Below, in pieces: positions 29,301 through 39,493 of a stretch of DNA of 44,493 nucleotides. How positions within the stretch are numbered: the stretch's first letter is position 1; the number at the start of each line of letters is the position of its first letter. The DNA is from Flavobacteriales bacterium (GTDB lineage: Bacteria > Bacteroidota > Bacteroidia > Flavobacteriales > JANQLC01), in the NCBI GenBank assembly GCA_036881805.1, contig JBAJNK010000092.1:1-44493 (forward strand), read 5' to 3'. The position numbers were made by a program, and so were the translations under genes. The notes under the pieces were generated by a model, which was not told the DNA's origin, made no database searches, and worked only from the letters and a program-made list of their open reading frames with translations.

Positions 29301-29533
29301 GTTTTGCCATCGTGACTCCAAACCGGACGCATGTCATAAGCATCGCCCGTGGTAAGGGCGACAGCGGTCCCCCCCCGACCGCCTACCCGGTATAAATTCC
29401 CCCTATAACCGAAAACGATGGTTTTCCCATCGGGAGAAATGGCCGGGTAACGAATCCATCGGGCATTTCCTTGCGCCGGTAATGATAAGGCGGAAAAAAA
29501 GCACAGCATGGCAATCCAAAGGGGTTTCTTCAT
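26306..29533 (-). CDS. Tricorn-like S41 family peptidase (PD40 repeats, PDZ, S41)
   Basis: Signal peptide; many SPDGK/WSPD PD40 repeats; ELNVSHT, DTRFNGGG, catalytic YSDA and GKLVG.PV.GT motifs. Start ATG 29533 follows TACCTTTG at 29579-29586. Confidence 0.95.
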   Translation of the reverse strand: MKKPLWIAMLCFFSALSLPAQGNARWIRYPAISPDGKTIVFGYRGNLYRVGGRGGTAVALTTGDAYDMRPVWSHDGKTLAFASDRYGNFDVYTMPSTGGTPVRITYHSAADYPYDFTPDNRKVLFGSGREAPAKSVRFPTPHLFENLYTIPVRGGRPILLTAAGAEEAHYNATGSKIVFEDRKGYEDPYRKHHTSSVTRDIWLYDIGDNTYRRLSDFKGEDRAPVFASDDRHVYYLSERDGTQNLYKKSLESGSEKQLTAFTDFPVRHLSVSRTNALAFTWKGDLYTITDGDKPKKLRVEVRDDSGFQTEKNVKINTVTEFAVSPNGKELAFVNRGEVFVTGAGSRTKRITDTPEQERMIDWSPDGKTLLFSGERDGSWNIYKVTLTRPEEKYFYASTALHTEPLIATDAEEFQPRYSPDGKKVAFVYERNILKVLNLNTKVKTTVLPQGHNYSNRDGDWGFAWSPDSKWLLVDDERGYDSFENTALIKADGSGEIVYPVNGGFGEYDAKWGMGGKMMTYSTNRNGKRSLAENSRRQSDVYAVFFNRKAYDRYKLSKADFALLKDREKKEKKDKKDAHQADKKSKKKGKRVKRLGFDLKNLNTRKVRLTINSSDISDYALNKDASKLYYLSAFEKGYDLWVTEPRTRKTRILAKLGGSPSGIQISGDGNTLFLINRGRPVRVNTQSGRVKNIDLDGDMVIDAAAERKYIFDHIWRQVTKKIYDPTIHGMDWKMYRDAYAAFLPHIDNNYDFQVLLSETLGELNVSHTGARYYPYRHGTQTASLGLLYDECYTGPGIKVSEVIQGGPLDKAGTEIKAGDIITKIDGKIIKADENPNRYLNNIRGKNTLLTIKSGGLRLEEIVKPVSMRTERKLMYKRWTQIMAEMVDSLSGGQIGYVHVREMDDSSFRAFYENVFGKNRDRKALLVDTRFNGGGNLHDDLNTFLSGKRYLKWAPQGHVLKGGEPSYRWTKPSIVLMNEGNYSDAFLFPYVYRQNGIGKLVGMPVAGTGTAVWWERQIDPTLVFGIPMIATIGKEGRPTENLELEPDILVPLPYAACLNGRDTQLEAAVRELLKALK

Positions 29534-30085
29534 GGGATCGGTTTTATATTTCAAATGGACTTGTAAAAAGCGGGGGGGCAAAGGTATAAAATTCTATCTA
29601 TACCCGCTGCTGCACTTTACGCGTGTTTAATCTCCATAGCGTTGAGCCAAAACTGAGAGCTGGTCAAATCTCATGCCATTCGATAAGCAACCACCAGGTT
29701 CCGGCCAGTCGTCAACCCATCGGAATCAAGCCTTAATCGCATGAGGTATCAATAACAACTATTCCAATATCTATTAATAATATGACGCACTTGAAAAACA
29801 CCCATCTCGCGCGCAATGCAAGTTACTCGATCAAAGGGCACAGCCGTCTTGACATTTGGATGGAAAAAGCCCCCTACTCAGCGCTGTGATTTAGTTATTT
29901 GAGCGCTACTAAAGCCTTCATTTGCAGGATATAGCGCGTGTAGGGTAAGAAGACGGTTATTCCCCCTTCAAAATGACGATTAATCGGAAGTTTCTGGGCG
30001 TTTTCACGCCTCTTTCAATTCGGACCATTCGCTTTACCTCCCATAAGAAAGCGAAAAACACGAGACTCGTGCCAACGAAAGACGA

Positions 30086-30109
30086 CAAAAAGAGCGGCCG
30101 CTCTTTTTG
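30086..30109. terminator. Perfect 24-bp palindrome (bidirectional terminator-like)
   Basis: CAAAAAGAGCGGCCGCTCTTTTTG is its own reverse complement, giving a GC stem with T5 on both strands. Confidence 0.6.
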
Positions 30110-30139
30110 AGCTCGATCGATTCGGCTTCCGGATTATAT

Positions 30140-30620
30140 AAAGCCCCTTTTCAAACTGTCAACCGGCAAAAAATAAGGTGGGATATAGGCTATACCCATA
30201 TTGATCGATATCCCGATCAGGCTTTTGCAGCTGCGATACAGCACAGGGGTAAATAGACGAGACCAATCGCTTGGCGGCTTCTTATGACACGGCAGCCTTT
30301 TCAAAAGACCCGCAGGGGCAAAACCAAAGAAGTAAGACAGGCTTTCAAATCAACACTTAGCGGACAAAGCCAAAAGACAACCCGCCTTTTTAATCAACAG
30401 ACGGACAGGGCAAAGAAAATCCCAGTTTTCAAACCGACTTCCACAGGATAAGAGATAGCACGCTTTTCAAAACCACGCACAAGGAATAAACGCTAAAAAA
30501 ACAAGTCCCCTTTTCAGGCGCTCCCCATATGATTGTCAAGGGTATTCCACAGTTACGGAGCCCTGTGACTAAAGCAAAAAAATCCCTTCTTTTGAACCAA
30601 TGCGCACAGACGAATACAAG
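30140..30620 (+). repeat. Degenerate tandem array A (core CCC(G)CTTTTCAAAC, period ~38-47 bp)
   Basis: T-tract cores at about 30148, 30298, 30343, 30387, 30426, 30464, 30511 and 30590, each followed by an A/C-rich then (C)ACAaGGG..AAA segment. Confidence 0.7.
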
Positions 30621-30680
30621 CGGGAAAAATAAAAAGGTCAAACTCCCCGTAGGGGTGCGCTAAAAGTATTGGAAAAAAGC

Positions 30681-31457
30681 TCAGGCTTCTTCCCGCGATG
30701 TCCATACGGCCTTCCCGTATTCGCGATTCATACGCGCGATGTGTTCCAAGGCGATCCCCTTGGGGCACTCGGCTTCACAGGCACCCGTCACAGAGCAATT
30801 TCCAAAGCCCTCCGCATCCATTTGGCGCACCATATGTTGAACCCGGCGCTTCCGCTCGATCTGTCCCTGGGGCAAATGCGCGAGGTGGGACACTTTGGCC
30901 GCTGTAAAGAGCATGGCGGAACCGTTTTTACAAGTGGCCACGCAAGCGCCGCAGCCGATGCAGCTCGCGGCATCAAAGGCCTGGTCTGCATCGTGCTTAT
31001 TGACCGGAATGCTATCCGCATCCTGTGTGTTTCCACTGGTGTTTACAGAGATAAAACCCCCGGCTTGCAACACACGGTCAAAAGCGCTCCGATCGACGAC
31101 CAAATCCTTGATGACCGGAAAGGCACGCGAACGCCAGGGTTCGATATAAATGATCTCCCCATCGCGAAAGCTGCGCATATGCAATTGACAAGTCGTAATG
31201 CCGCGTAAGGGGCCGTGTGGTCGGCCGTTGATATACAGGGAACAACTGCCGCAGATGCCTTCCCGACAATCGTAGTCAAAGGCTACGGGCTCTTTTCCGG
31301 CTTCGATCAAATCGCCATTCAACACGTCGAGCATCTCCAGAAAGGAACTGTCTGTAGAAATGCCCTTTACGCGATGGGTTTCAAATTTTCCACTGGCCTC
31401 AGCGTGTTTCTGCCGCCAAATTTTCAGGATTAACGCCAGCGTTTTTCTATCTGCCAT
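30681..31457 (-). CDS. sdhB: Succinate dehydrogenase/fumarate reductase Fe-S subunit
   Basis: [27 protein letters not shown] and [15 protein letters not shown] motifs. Confidence 0.97.
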   Translation of the reverse strand: MADRKTLALILKIWRQKHAEASGKFETHRVKGISTDSSFLEMLDVLNGDLIEAGKEPVAFDYDCREGICGSCSLYINGRPHGPLRGITTCQLHMRSFRDGEIIYIEPWRSRAFPVIKDLVVDRSAFDRVLQAGGFISVNTSGNTQDADSIPVNKHDADQAFDAASCIGCGACVATCKNGSAMLFTAAKVSHLAHLPQGQIERKRRVQHMVRQMDAEGFGNCSVTGACEAECPKGIALEHIARMNREYGKAVWTSREEA

Positions 31458-31476
31458 AGTCGTTTTTCTCGGGTTT

Positions 31477-33489
31477 TTATTTATAGGATCGCGTCTTGAG
31501 TGCTACATTTTCAAAGGCGAGCGATTCCCGGTGCAGCGATTCCCGATTGATGTCGGCGCCTCGGTAGGCCCAGGCGGCTACATAGGCGTAGTCCACATCG
31601 TTGCGCAGCGCTTCACCTTCAGGCGTCTGGTGTGCTAAACGAAAGTGTCCGCCACAGGATTCATCTCGGCCTAAAGCATCGATAGCCACCAACTGTCCCA
31701 ACTCCAAAAAATCGGCTACACGGCCTGCTTTTTCCAATTCGGGGTTTAAGCCATCGGCTGAACCCGGCACGCGTACCGATTTCCAAAAGGATTCGCGCAG
31801 CTGTTGAATGCCATCGATCGCCTCGCGCAAGCCCGCTGCGCTGCGCGTCATGCCCACCTGATTCCACATGATCTCGCCCAGCTTTTTGTGAAAGTAGTCC
31901 ACGGCATGCGATCCCTTATGACACAGCAATTTTTCGATTCGCTCGTGCACCCCGCGCGCCGCTGCATCGAATTCGGGGGTGTCTGTCGGAATGGGTCCAG
32001 TGCGAATGTCGTCGGCCAGGTAGTTCGGCAGCGTATAGGGCAGGATGAAATAGCCGTCTGCCAAACCTTGCATCAGCGCCGATGCGCCCAAGCGATTGGC
32101 GCCGTGATCGGAGAAGTTGGCTTCTCCGATGACAAAGCAGCCCGGTATGCTGGACATCAAGTCGTAGTCCACCCACAAACCGCCCATGGTGTAGTGCACT
32201 GCGGGATAGATCTTCATGGGCGTTTCGTATGGATCTGCGCCGGTGATCTGCCGGTACATATCGAATAGATTGCCATATTTATCCGCTATCCATCTTTTAC
32301 CGAGTGCTTTGATCGCTTCCGCTGAGGGGTTTTCCATGCCCGCTTCATAAGCGCTTTCGGTTCCCCGCCGGTGAATTTCGGTCGAGAAGTCCAAGAATAC
32401 GCCTTCTTTCGCATCGTTGTCTTCGATCCCATAACCCGCATCGCAGCGCTCTTTGGCCGCACGTGAAGCCACATCGCGGGGGACGAGATTGCCAAAGGCC
32501 GGATACCGGCGCTCGAGGTAATAGTCGCGGTCTGCTGCCTGGATATCCACAGGCCGGCACTTGCCTGCTCGGATGGCCTGGGCGTCTGATCGCTTTTTGG
32601 GCACCCAGATCCGACCCGAGTTTCGGAGCGACTCGGACATCAGGGTGAGCTTGGACTGAAATGGGCCGTGCACCGGAATGCAAGTCGGGTGAATCTGCAC
32701 GAAACAGGGGTTGGCAAAGTAAGCGCCCCTCTTATGCGCCTTCCAAGTGGCCGAACAGTTGGAACCCATCGCATTGGTAGAGAGAAAATAGACGTTGCCA
32801 TAGCCCCCCGATGCGAGGATTACCGCATGGGCGGCATAACGCTCGATTTCACCGGTCACCAGATTTCTCGCGATAATGCCCCGGGCTTTGCCGTCCATCA
32901 GAACGATGTCCAGCATCTCGTGGCGGTTGTACATCTCAACGCGTCCCTTAGCGATTTGCCGAGACAGGGCTTGATAGGCGCCCAAGAGCAGTTGTTGGCC
33001 GGTTTGGCCCTTGGCGTAAAAGGTGCGCTTCACCTGTACGCCCCCAAAAGAGCGGTTGTCCAACAGTCCCCCGTACTCGCGTGCAAAAGGTACGCCCTGG
33101 GCCACGCATTGGTCGATGATGTGACCCGATACCTGCGCCAACCGATATACGTTGGCCTCTCGAGAGCGGTAATCCCCCCCCTTTATCGTATCGTAAAACA
33201 GACGGTAAACCGAATCGTTATCTCCCTGATAATTTTTGGCTGCATTGATCCCGCCCTGCGCGGCGATGGAGTGTGCGCGGCGCGGGGAATCCTGATAACA
33301 AAACGATCTGATTCGATAACCCAATTCAGCTAGGGTGGCTGCTGCTGCGGCACCGGCCAAGCCGGTGCCGACTACGACGATATCGATGCGATCGCGGTTG
33401 TTGGGCGCTACCAAACGGTAACCGGCTTTGGCATTATGCCATTTTTCAGCGAGGTCGCCCTCGGGTATATGTGGATCGAAATGGGCCAT
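31477..33489 (-). CDS. sdhA: Succinate dehydrogenase/fumarate reductase flavoprotein subunit
   Basis: [37 protein letters not shown] and ESCGGHFR motifs. Confidence 0.98.
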   Translation of the reverse strand: MAHFDPHIPEGDLAEKWHNAKAGYRLVAPNNRDRIDIVVVGTGLAGAAAAATLAELGYRIRSFCYQDSPRRAHSIAAQGGINAAKNYQGDNDSVYRLFYDTIKGGDYRSREANVYRLAQVSGHIIDQCVAQGVPFAREYGGLLDNRSFGGVQVKRTFYAKGQTGQQLLLGAYQALSRQIAKGRVEMYNRHEMLDIVLMDGKARGIIARNLVTGEIERYAAHAVILASGGYGNVYFLSTNAMGSNCSATWKAHKRGAYFANPCFVQIHPTCIPVHGPFQSKLTLMSESLRNSGRIWVPKKRSDAQAIRAGKCRPVDIQAADRDYYLERRYPAFGNLVPRDVASRAAKERCDAGYGIEDNDAKEGVFLDFSTEIHRRGTESAYEAGMENPSAEAIKALGKRWIADKYGNLFDMYRQITGADPYETPMKIYPAVHYTMGGLWVDYDLMSSIPGCFVIGEANFSDHGANRLGASALMQGLADGYFILPYTLPNYLADDIRTGPIPTDTPEFDAAARGVHERIEKLLCHKGSHAVDYFHKKLGEIMWNQVGMTRSAAGLREAIDGIQQLRESFWKSVRVPGSADGLNPELEKAGRVADFLELGQLVAIDALGRDESCGGHFRLAHQTPEGEALRNDVDYAYVAAWAYRGADINRESLHRESLAFENVALKTRSYK

Positions 33490-33499
33490 AATGCGGTGT

Positions 33500-34207
33500 T
33501 TATATCGGATCTAAAACAAAGCGAATATACAGTGGGATAAAAGCGAAGAGCAAGGGCACGACAATGGCAAAGGCAGCCCCGACGCACTGGATCAATCCAT
33601 TGTACTTGGGATGGTTGATGCCCAAGGATTGAAAGGCTGCGGCAAAGCCATGTGAAAGGTGGAAGGCGAGGCTGAGCATGGCAAAGGTGTAAAAGAGCAC
33701 CAACCACAGCCCGTATTTCGCATCTTGAAAGGTCTGTATGGTCAGGGTGTACAAATCTTGAACCCGCTCCGCATGATTGGCAATCGTATAGGTCTCTATG
33801 GGCCCAAAGTGCACCTTCGCCCAAAAATTAATCAGGTGAATGACGATAAAGACCCCGATAATCGTCCCCAGCAACCCCATATTTCGGGAAGACCAGCTGC
33901 TATTGGCCGCAGGCTTGTTTTTCGCATAGCGCACTTTTCCCCGCGCCCTTCGGTTTTGAATCGTTAGGGCAATCCCATCGACGATGTGTAAGAGGATGCT
34001 GGTGTAGGTGAGGTAGGAGAGGATTTTTACCACCGGGTTATGGGTCATAAATGCAGCGTATAGGTTAAATCGGTCCTTGGCCCTTTGACTCAAGGGCAGC
34101 AATAGCTGTAGGTTGCCGGCGAGATGACCGATGAGAAACAGGATTAAAAACAAACCCGTTGCCGCCATCCAGTACTTCTTTGCCAGAGAGGACTTCCACA
34201 TGCCCAT
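33500..34207 (-). CDS. sdhC: Succinate dehydrogenase cytochrome b subunit
   Basis: [18 protein letters not shown] and conserved His residues (LHI, IHL, FHL.HG). TATATTTG at 34231-34238 supports the ATG at 34207. Confidence 0.94.
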   Translation of the reverse strand: MGMWKSSLAKKYWMAATGLFLILFLIGHLAGNLQLLLPLSQRAKDRFNLYAAFMTHNPVVKILSYLTYTSILLHIVDGIALTIQNRRARGKVRYAKNKPAANSSWSSRNMGLLGTIIGVFIVIHLINFWAKVHFGPIETYTIANHAERVQDLYTLTIQTFQDAKYGLWLVLFYTFAMLSLAFHLSHGFAAAFQSLGINHPKYNGLIQCVGAAFAIVVPLLFAFIPLYIRFVLDPI

Positions 34208-34336
34208 GCAAACCACTTTGAAGTGCAGCGCAAATATAAGGCTTACAGCCGTTCCCAAAAGAGACGATATGGGACACACAGCTATTTAAACCCGATCTAA
34301 ATCGCGGGGGGGGTAAAACGAAACGTCCTAATTTAA

Positions 34337-34525
34337 AGCGGAGTGAAAATGGGTGTGGCACAGTCGTTACGGGTATTGGATATCGCAATCATCACAATGA
34401 TAGGCGGTTTATTGGGTGGGATTCATTTTTCAATGCCACTATTGGTGTCCGGCGCTGTTATGTTGGTCGCGTTTTATTTATTAGTCAGCGACAGAAATGC
34501 AAATTGTGGGCGCTCTTCGAGCTGA
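34337..34525 (+). pseudogene. Probable MFS transporter C-terminal fragment (last two TM helices)
   Basis: SGVKMGVAQSL..L......IGGLLGGI....PLLVSGAVMLVAFYLL resembles TM11-TM12 of DHA1/TetA-like MFS proteins; no upstream portion is present. Confidence 0.45.
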
Positions 34526-34635
34526 AGTACAAGGCGCCCACCTCAAGGGGAAAATACAGGTTCACCCCAGACCCACCGATCAGGGGGCTTCTCGCAGTTA
34601 GAAATCTATGGGTTCGCACAGCTGTGCCTGTCAGC

Positions 34636-34695
34636 AATCTGAAAAAGGGTGTGTTTTTTGGTTTTGTCTCCATAGAGAGAATCTGAAAATAGGGC
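34636..34695 (-). repeat. Two further copies of the degenerate repeat, opposite orientation
   Basis: AATCTGAAAAAGGG (34636) and AATCTGAAAATAGGG (34680) are 44 bp apart; the minus strand reads CCCT(A)TTTTCAGATT. Confidence 0.5.
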
Positions 34696-34781
34696 TTTAC
34701 CTTTGGGGCGGCTTATACCGATCTGAGTTCGTCAAGCGGTCTGTGTTTGTGAATTTAATACTTTAGCAAAAAATTTAGTCG

Positions 34782-36077
34782 ATGAGATACCCGCCGATCG
34801 ATCGCCAGCTCTTTATAAAAAACAGGCGTAAGTTTACCGAGCGGATGAAGCCGAAATCCCTGGCCGTTTTCAACTCTAACGATACATATCCCATCAGTGC
34901 CGACAGCACCTTGCCCTTTGCGCAACACCGGGACATCTTTTACCTGAGCGGCATCGACCAAGCAGAGAGCATTTTGGTGCTCTTTCCGGATGCCCAGTTG
35001 GAAAAACACAGGGAAATGCTATTTCTGCGCCAAACCGATGCAGCGCTCGCCATCTGGGAAGGAGAAAAATTAAGCCGCACACGCGCCTTTGCGCTGAGCG
35101 GCATCCAAACGGTATATGGGATCGAAGATTTCCATAAAGTGTTGTACGGCCTGATGTGCCAAGCGGATCACCTATACCTAAACCGCAACGAGCACTACCG
35201 TGCGCACACACCGACTCAAACCCGTGAAGACCGCTTTATCCAATGGGCAGAAAGGGAATACCCGCTCCACCACCGCGCGCGCAGCAATCCGATTTTACAA
35301 CACATCCGCTCGATCAAAGAGCCAGTGGAAATCGAACTGATACAACAGGCCTGCAACATCACCGAAAAAGGGTTTCGCCGCGTGCTCAACTTTATTAAAC
35401 CCGGCGTATGGGAATACGAAATCGAAGCCGAATACACACACGAATTTTTGTGCAACCGCGCTGAACTCGCCTATAGTCCGATCCTAGCGAGCGGCCCAAA
35501 CGCGACTGTTTTGCACTACTCCAAAAACGATCGAGCGTGTCGAGCCGGGGATGTGATCCTGATGGATGTCGGCGCCGCATATAGTCACTACACATCGGAT
35601 ATGACGCGCTGTGTCCCGGTGGGCGGACGGTTTACAAAGCGGCAAAAAGCGGTGTACAACGCGGTTTTGCGCGTCAAGAACGCAGCCGCCAAGATGTTGG
35701 TCTCCGGCACCGATTGGACCGCTTACCACCGGGCAGTCGGCCAGCTTATGACCGCGGAATTAATCGGCTTACAACTGCTCGACAAAGCGGACGTAAAAAA
35801 CGAAGATCCCGACCGACCGGCCTACAAAAAATACTTTATGCACGGCACTTCGCACCACCTCGGACTGGATACCCACGACTACGGACTGCTTTGGGAACCG
35901 ATGGAAGCCCATATGGTCTTTACCGTGGAGCCCGGCATTTACATTCCGGAAGAAAACTTGGGCATACGCATCGAAGACGATTATGTGATTCAGACCAGCG
36001 GTGAACCCCGCAACCTGATGCAAAACATTCCGATTGAAGCAGACGAAATTGAAGATTTGATTCACACCAAAAGCTAA
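34782..36077 (+). CDS. pepP: Xaa-Pro aminopeptidase (M24B)
   Basis: AMP_N domain (FYLSGIDQ, WEG); LHY, MDVGA, SDMTR, HGTSHHLGLDTHD, TVEPG and GIRIEDD motifs; TACCTTTG at 34698-34705. Confidence 0.95.
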   Translation: MRYPPIDRQLFIKNRRKFTERMKPKSLAVFNSNDTYPISADSTLPFAQHRDIFYLSGIDQAESILVLFPDAQLEKHREMLFLRQTDAALAIWEGEKLSRTRAFALSGIQTVYGIEDFHKVLYGLMCQADHLYLNRNEHYRAHTPTQTREDRFIQWAEREYPLHHRARSNPILQHIRSIKEPVEIELIQQACNITEKGFRRVLNFIKPGVWEYEIEAEYTHEFLCNRAELAYSPILASGPNATVLHYSKNDRACRAGDVILMDVGAAYSHYTSDMTRCVPVGGRFTKRQKAVYNAVLRVKNAAAKMLVSGTDWTAYHRAVGQLMTAELIGLQLLDKADVKNEDPDRPAYKKYFMHGTSHHLGLDTHDYGLLWEPMEAHMVFTVEPGIYIPEENLGIRIEDDYVIQTSGEPRNLMQNIPIEADEIEDLIHTKS

Positions 36078-36164
36078 AGGAAAAGCCATTTGTCGCCAGT
36101 CGATAGAAAAACCCAAAATCAGGCCGCCTCGCCCCTGTTAGCCTTGCGGTAAGCCAGTTGTAAC

Positions 36165-38195
36165 ATGTCCAAAAAGAGAAGTAGAAGCGGCGCTGCACAG
36201 CGCAAACGACAGCCGAGCAACCCAGTGCCAGTCGAAAAAGGCAAATCCCATGTCAAGCCCCGACGGGGCTATATCGTCGGCCGGGTAGATATGACCGCTT
36301 CGGGTGCCGCTTACATCGTCAGTCCCGATCGGACAGCAGACCTCTACGTTCCCAAGCAGAAGACCAAGCACGCCCTAGAAGGGGATACCGTTTGCGCACG
36401 CATTTACAAAAGCGGCAAAAACAGGAAGTTCAAAGGCGAAATCACCGAGATCATCCAGCGCAGCCGGGAAGAATTTGTCGGCGTTTTCAAGGTGTCGGGA
36501 AACGGCGGTTTTGTCGGGGTGGAAAGTCGTGCCACACGCCTGGACATCCAAATCCCCAAAAGCGAATGTAACGGCGCTCGAGAGGGTCAAAAAGTCGTGG
36601 CAAAAATCACGCGGTGGCCGGATGAAGCCGAGATTCCCACCGGCCAAATCCTTCGGGTTTTGGGCACGCCCGGCCTACAGGAGGCCGAAATGCACGCCAT
36701 TCTAACGGAGTACGGCCTGCCCTACCAATTTCCAGCGGCCGTGGTGCGAGAAGCCGAGGCGCTGCCGGCGGCAATCACAGCAACAGAAATAGCCAAACGC
36801 CGCGACATGCGCAACATCCCTACTTTCACCATCGACCCCTCCGATGCGAAGGACTTCGACGATGCGATTTCCTTTCAGACCCTAGAAAACGGGAACTACG
36901 AAATCGGCGTTCACATCGCAGATGTATCCCACTACGTGAAAGCGGGGACCCGGTTGGATGCGGAGGCCTACCGCCGCGGCACTTCGGTATATCTCGTGGA
37001 TCGGGTCGTCCCCATGCTCCCCGAAGTATTGTCCAACGAGCTGTGCTCCCTACGCCCCTACGAGGAGAAGCTGAGCTTTTCCGCTGTCTTTGAAGTCACG
37101 CCCCATGCCGTGCTGGTCGGAGAGTGGCTGGGTCGAACCGTCATACTTTCCAACCGTCGCTTTACCTATGAAGAAGCACAGGAAATCTTGGAAACCGGCA
37201 GGGGCGACTGGGCCGAAGAACTCGTGACGCTCAATCGAATGGCTGCGGTATTGCGCGCGCAACGCATGCGCCAAGGGGCCTTAGAATTCGACAAAAAAGA
37301 GGTGAAGTTCACCTTAGACGATGCCGGCAACCCGACGGGGGTTTACCTCAAGGCCGTGCAGGACGCCAACCGGCTGATCGAAGAGTTTATGCTGCTGGCC
37401 AACCGGCGAGTCGCCCGCTTTGTAGGACAGGAGAAGAGCGGCAAATCCAGTGGAAAAACCTTTGTCTATCGCGTTCACGAAGACCCCGATCCAGAAAAGA
37501 TCGAAGCGCTTAAGAGATTCGTCCGCGCATTCGGCTACGAGCTGCAAACCAGCAGCCGGCTCACCCTATCCAAAAGCATGAACGAAATGCTACAGCAGGT
37601 CAAGGACAAGCCCGAAGCCCATATGATTGAAACGCTGGCCATGCGCACCATGAACAAAGCGAGATACGATGTCGACAACCGGGTGGGACACTACGGTCTG
37701 GCTTTTGACTACTATACGCATTTCACCTCGCCGATTCGCCGCTACCCCGATATTATGGTACACCGCTTGTTGCAGCATTACACAGCGCAAAAACCATCTC
37801 CGCCAGCCACCGCTTATGCGGAAAAATGCGCACACGCATCCCAAAGGGAAAAACTAGCGGCTGACGCAGCGCGCGACTCGGTAAAATTCACACAGGTAAA
37901 ATTCATGGCAAAACACCTGGGCGAATCCTTTACCGGAATCATATCGGGGGTTACCGAGTGGGGGATTTATGTAGAGCTGCCCGGTTCCCAGGCTGAAGGA
38001 CTCATCCGACTGCGCGATATGAAAGCCGATCGATATGTATATGACGAAGCGAATTACCGCATCAAAGGCTTGTCCGCCAAGCGGGTATTTCAGCTCGGCG
38101 ATTCGGTGCGCATCCGCATTGTCCAGGCAGACCTGGCGCGCAAGCAACTGGACTTTGAAATGGTGGCGGAAAACGCCAAATCGAAACGCGCATAA
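36165..38195 (+). CDS. rnr: Ribonuclease R
   Basis: FTIDP.DAKDFDDA, VHIADV, TSVYL, IEEFML.AN and HFTSPIRRYPD motifs; C-terminal S1 domain. Confidence 0.97.
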   Translation: MSKKRSRSGAAQRKRQPSNPVPVEKGKSHVKPRRGYIVGRVDMTASGAAYIVSPDRTADLYVPKQKTKHALEGDTVCARIYKSGKNRKFKGEITEIIQRSREEFVGVFKVSGNGGFVGVESRATRLDIQIPKSECNGAREGQKVVAKITRWPDEAEIPTGQILRVLGTPGLQEAEMHAILTEYGLPYQFPAAVVREAEALPAAITATEIAKRRDMRNIPTFTIDPSDAKDFDDAISFQTLENGNYEIGVHIADVSHYVKAGTRLDAEAYRRGTSVYLVDRVVPMLPEVLSNELCSLRPYEEKLSFSAVFEVTPHAVLVGEWLGRTVILSNRRFTYEEAQEILETGRGDWAEELVTLNRMAAVLRAQRMRQGALEFDKKEVKFTLDDAGNPTGVYLKAVQDANRLIEEFMLLANRRVARFVGQEKSGKSSGKTFVYRVHEDPDPEKIEALKRFVRAFGYELQTSSRLTLSKSMNEMLQQVKDKPEAHMIETLAMRTMNKARYDVDNRVGHYGLAFDYYTHFTSPIRRYPDIMVHRLLQHYTAQKPSPPATAYAEKCAHASQREKLAADAARDSVKFTQVKFMAKHLGESFTGIISGVTEWGIYVELPGSQAEGLIRLRDMKADRYVYDEANYRIKGLSAKRVFQLGDSVRIRIVQADLARKQLDFEMVAENAKSKRA

Positions 38196-38198
38196 GTC

Positions 38199-38831
38199 AT
38201 GTGGGAAATCGCCACACTGGCCATACCGTTTGGTTTTATTCTGAGCTTCCTCGTGGGTCCTATGTTTTTTCTGCTGATAGAAACCAGTATCAGCAAGGGC
38301 ATGGGCGCAGCTATCGCCCTAGATATAGGCGTTGTGATCAGCGACGCATGTTACATCCTACTCGCCCTTTACAGCTCCAAAGACCTGGCAGAAAAAATCA
38401 AGGGCAGCCCGATCCTATTTGTATCCGGCGGCATCATCCTAATCGCATACGGTTTGACCCACGTCATTCAAAAAGGGAAGTTAAAGCACTCTCGTTTCCG
38501 GCTGAAAAGGGTAAATTACTTCCAGCTAATTGCCAAAGGGTTCCTGATGAATATCGCCAATGTCGGTGTTTTTATCTTTTGGCTGGGAACCGTGATGGTC
38601 GCGCACTCCCAGTTTAACCTGAATATCGACAAGACGCTGCTGTATTTCAGCATGGTGCTCAGCACTTATTTTACCCTAGACTTGCTCAAAATTTTTCTCG
38701 CCAAAGCGGTTAAGAAAAAACTCACCCTGCGTCGCGTTATACACCTCAAACAAATTATCGGCGTGATTTTAATCGCTTTTGGCCTGGCTTTCATCGCAAA
38801 GGCCCTTTTGCCGGTGGTATCGGTTTTTTAA
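38199..38831 (+). CDS. LysE-family translocator
   Basis: GF.LSFLVGP.FF.LIETSI.KG...A...D.GV..SD and GF..N..N...F.FW motifs; six TM helices. Confidence 0.9.
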   Translation: MWEIATLAIPFGFILSFLVGPMFFLLIETSISKGMGAAIALDIGVVISDACYILLALYSSKDLAEKIKGSPILFVSGGIILIAYGLTHVIQKGKLKHSRFRLKRVNYFQLIAKGFLMNIANVGVFIFWLGTVMVAHSQFNLNIDKTLLYFSMVLSTYFTLDLLKIFLAKAVKKKLTLRRVIHLKQIIGVILIAFGLAFIAKALLPVVSVF

Positions 38832-39493
38832 CTCAATATATCAGCCGCTTTAAGCAACACATACGCCACTTCGGGTTGCTCGGCCACCACTGTATTGCGG
38901 TGAAAACACGCCAGGTATGCAGCTGTGGTATGCCCGATGGCTATAGCCGTTTGCCTTTCGCTGATGCGGTTTCGCTCCAAAAAACTCTTCACCCCACTCG
39001 GGCTGTAAAATAAAACGACGTCAAAGGGCGTGTCTATCCTTTGCGGTGTGCGTACGGTTTGATACACCGCCACCTCAAACACGCGAATATTCGAGGCGGT
39101 AAGCACAGCCGGAAGGTCGGGTCGACGAAGTCGGCCGCAGAAATAATTCAGTGAATCCAGCCCCTCAACCTTTGCGATTTCCATCGCCAAAGCCTTGGAA
39201 TTCAGGGCGATTAAATCCGGATGTAGGTCGTGCGCAGTCAGGGATAGCGCTGTCCGCTCCCCTACGCAAAACACCCGCTTAAAATCGCTTGGACGCGAGG
39301 TGATCAAAGGCGCCGCGGCTCGCACCGCATTTTGACTGGAGAAGACAGCCGGAATGCCCGCTACCACCAACCCTTCAAAATCCGATGGGGGATAATGCGT
39401 TACACGGATGAAATCGCACTCGATCAGTCGGTGACCCGACAGCAGGGCACGTTGTGATGGGGTTAGTATTTTAGTGGACAGGACGGTGGACAA
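38828..39493 (-). CDS. hemD: Uroporphyrinogen-III synthase
   Basis: VLSTK, FSSQNAV, CVGERT, FCG..RR..LP, VYQT, FYSPSGVKSF and AIG.TTA motifs. Start uncertain; TTG 39493 is more likely than 39544. Confidence 0.9.
   Translation of the reverse strand: MSTVLSTKILTPSQRALLSGHRLIECDFIRVTHYPPSDFEGLVVAGIPAVFSSQNAVRAAAPLITSRPSDFKRVFCVGERTALSLTAHDLHPDLIALNSKALAMEIAKVEGLDSLNYFCGRLRRPDLPAVLTASNIRVFEVAVYQTVRTPQRIDTPFDVVLFYSPSGVKSFLERNRISERQTAIAIGHTTAAYLACFHRNTVVAEQPEVAYVLLKAADILS

Noticed and set aside
30429-30641. Hydrophobic 70-aa ORF on the minus strand (also 43918-44127, 44067-44285, 44132-44329)
   Set aside because: The F/L/V/K-rich composition is a by-product of the T/A-tract repeat arrays, and there is no consistent frame across units.
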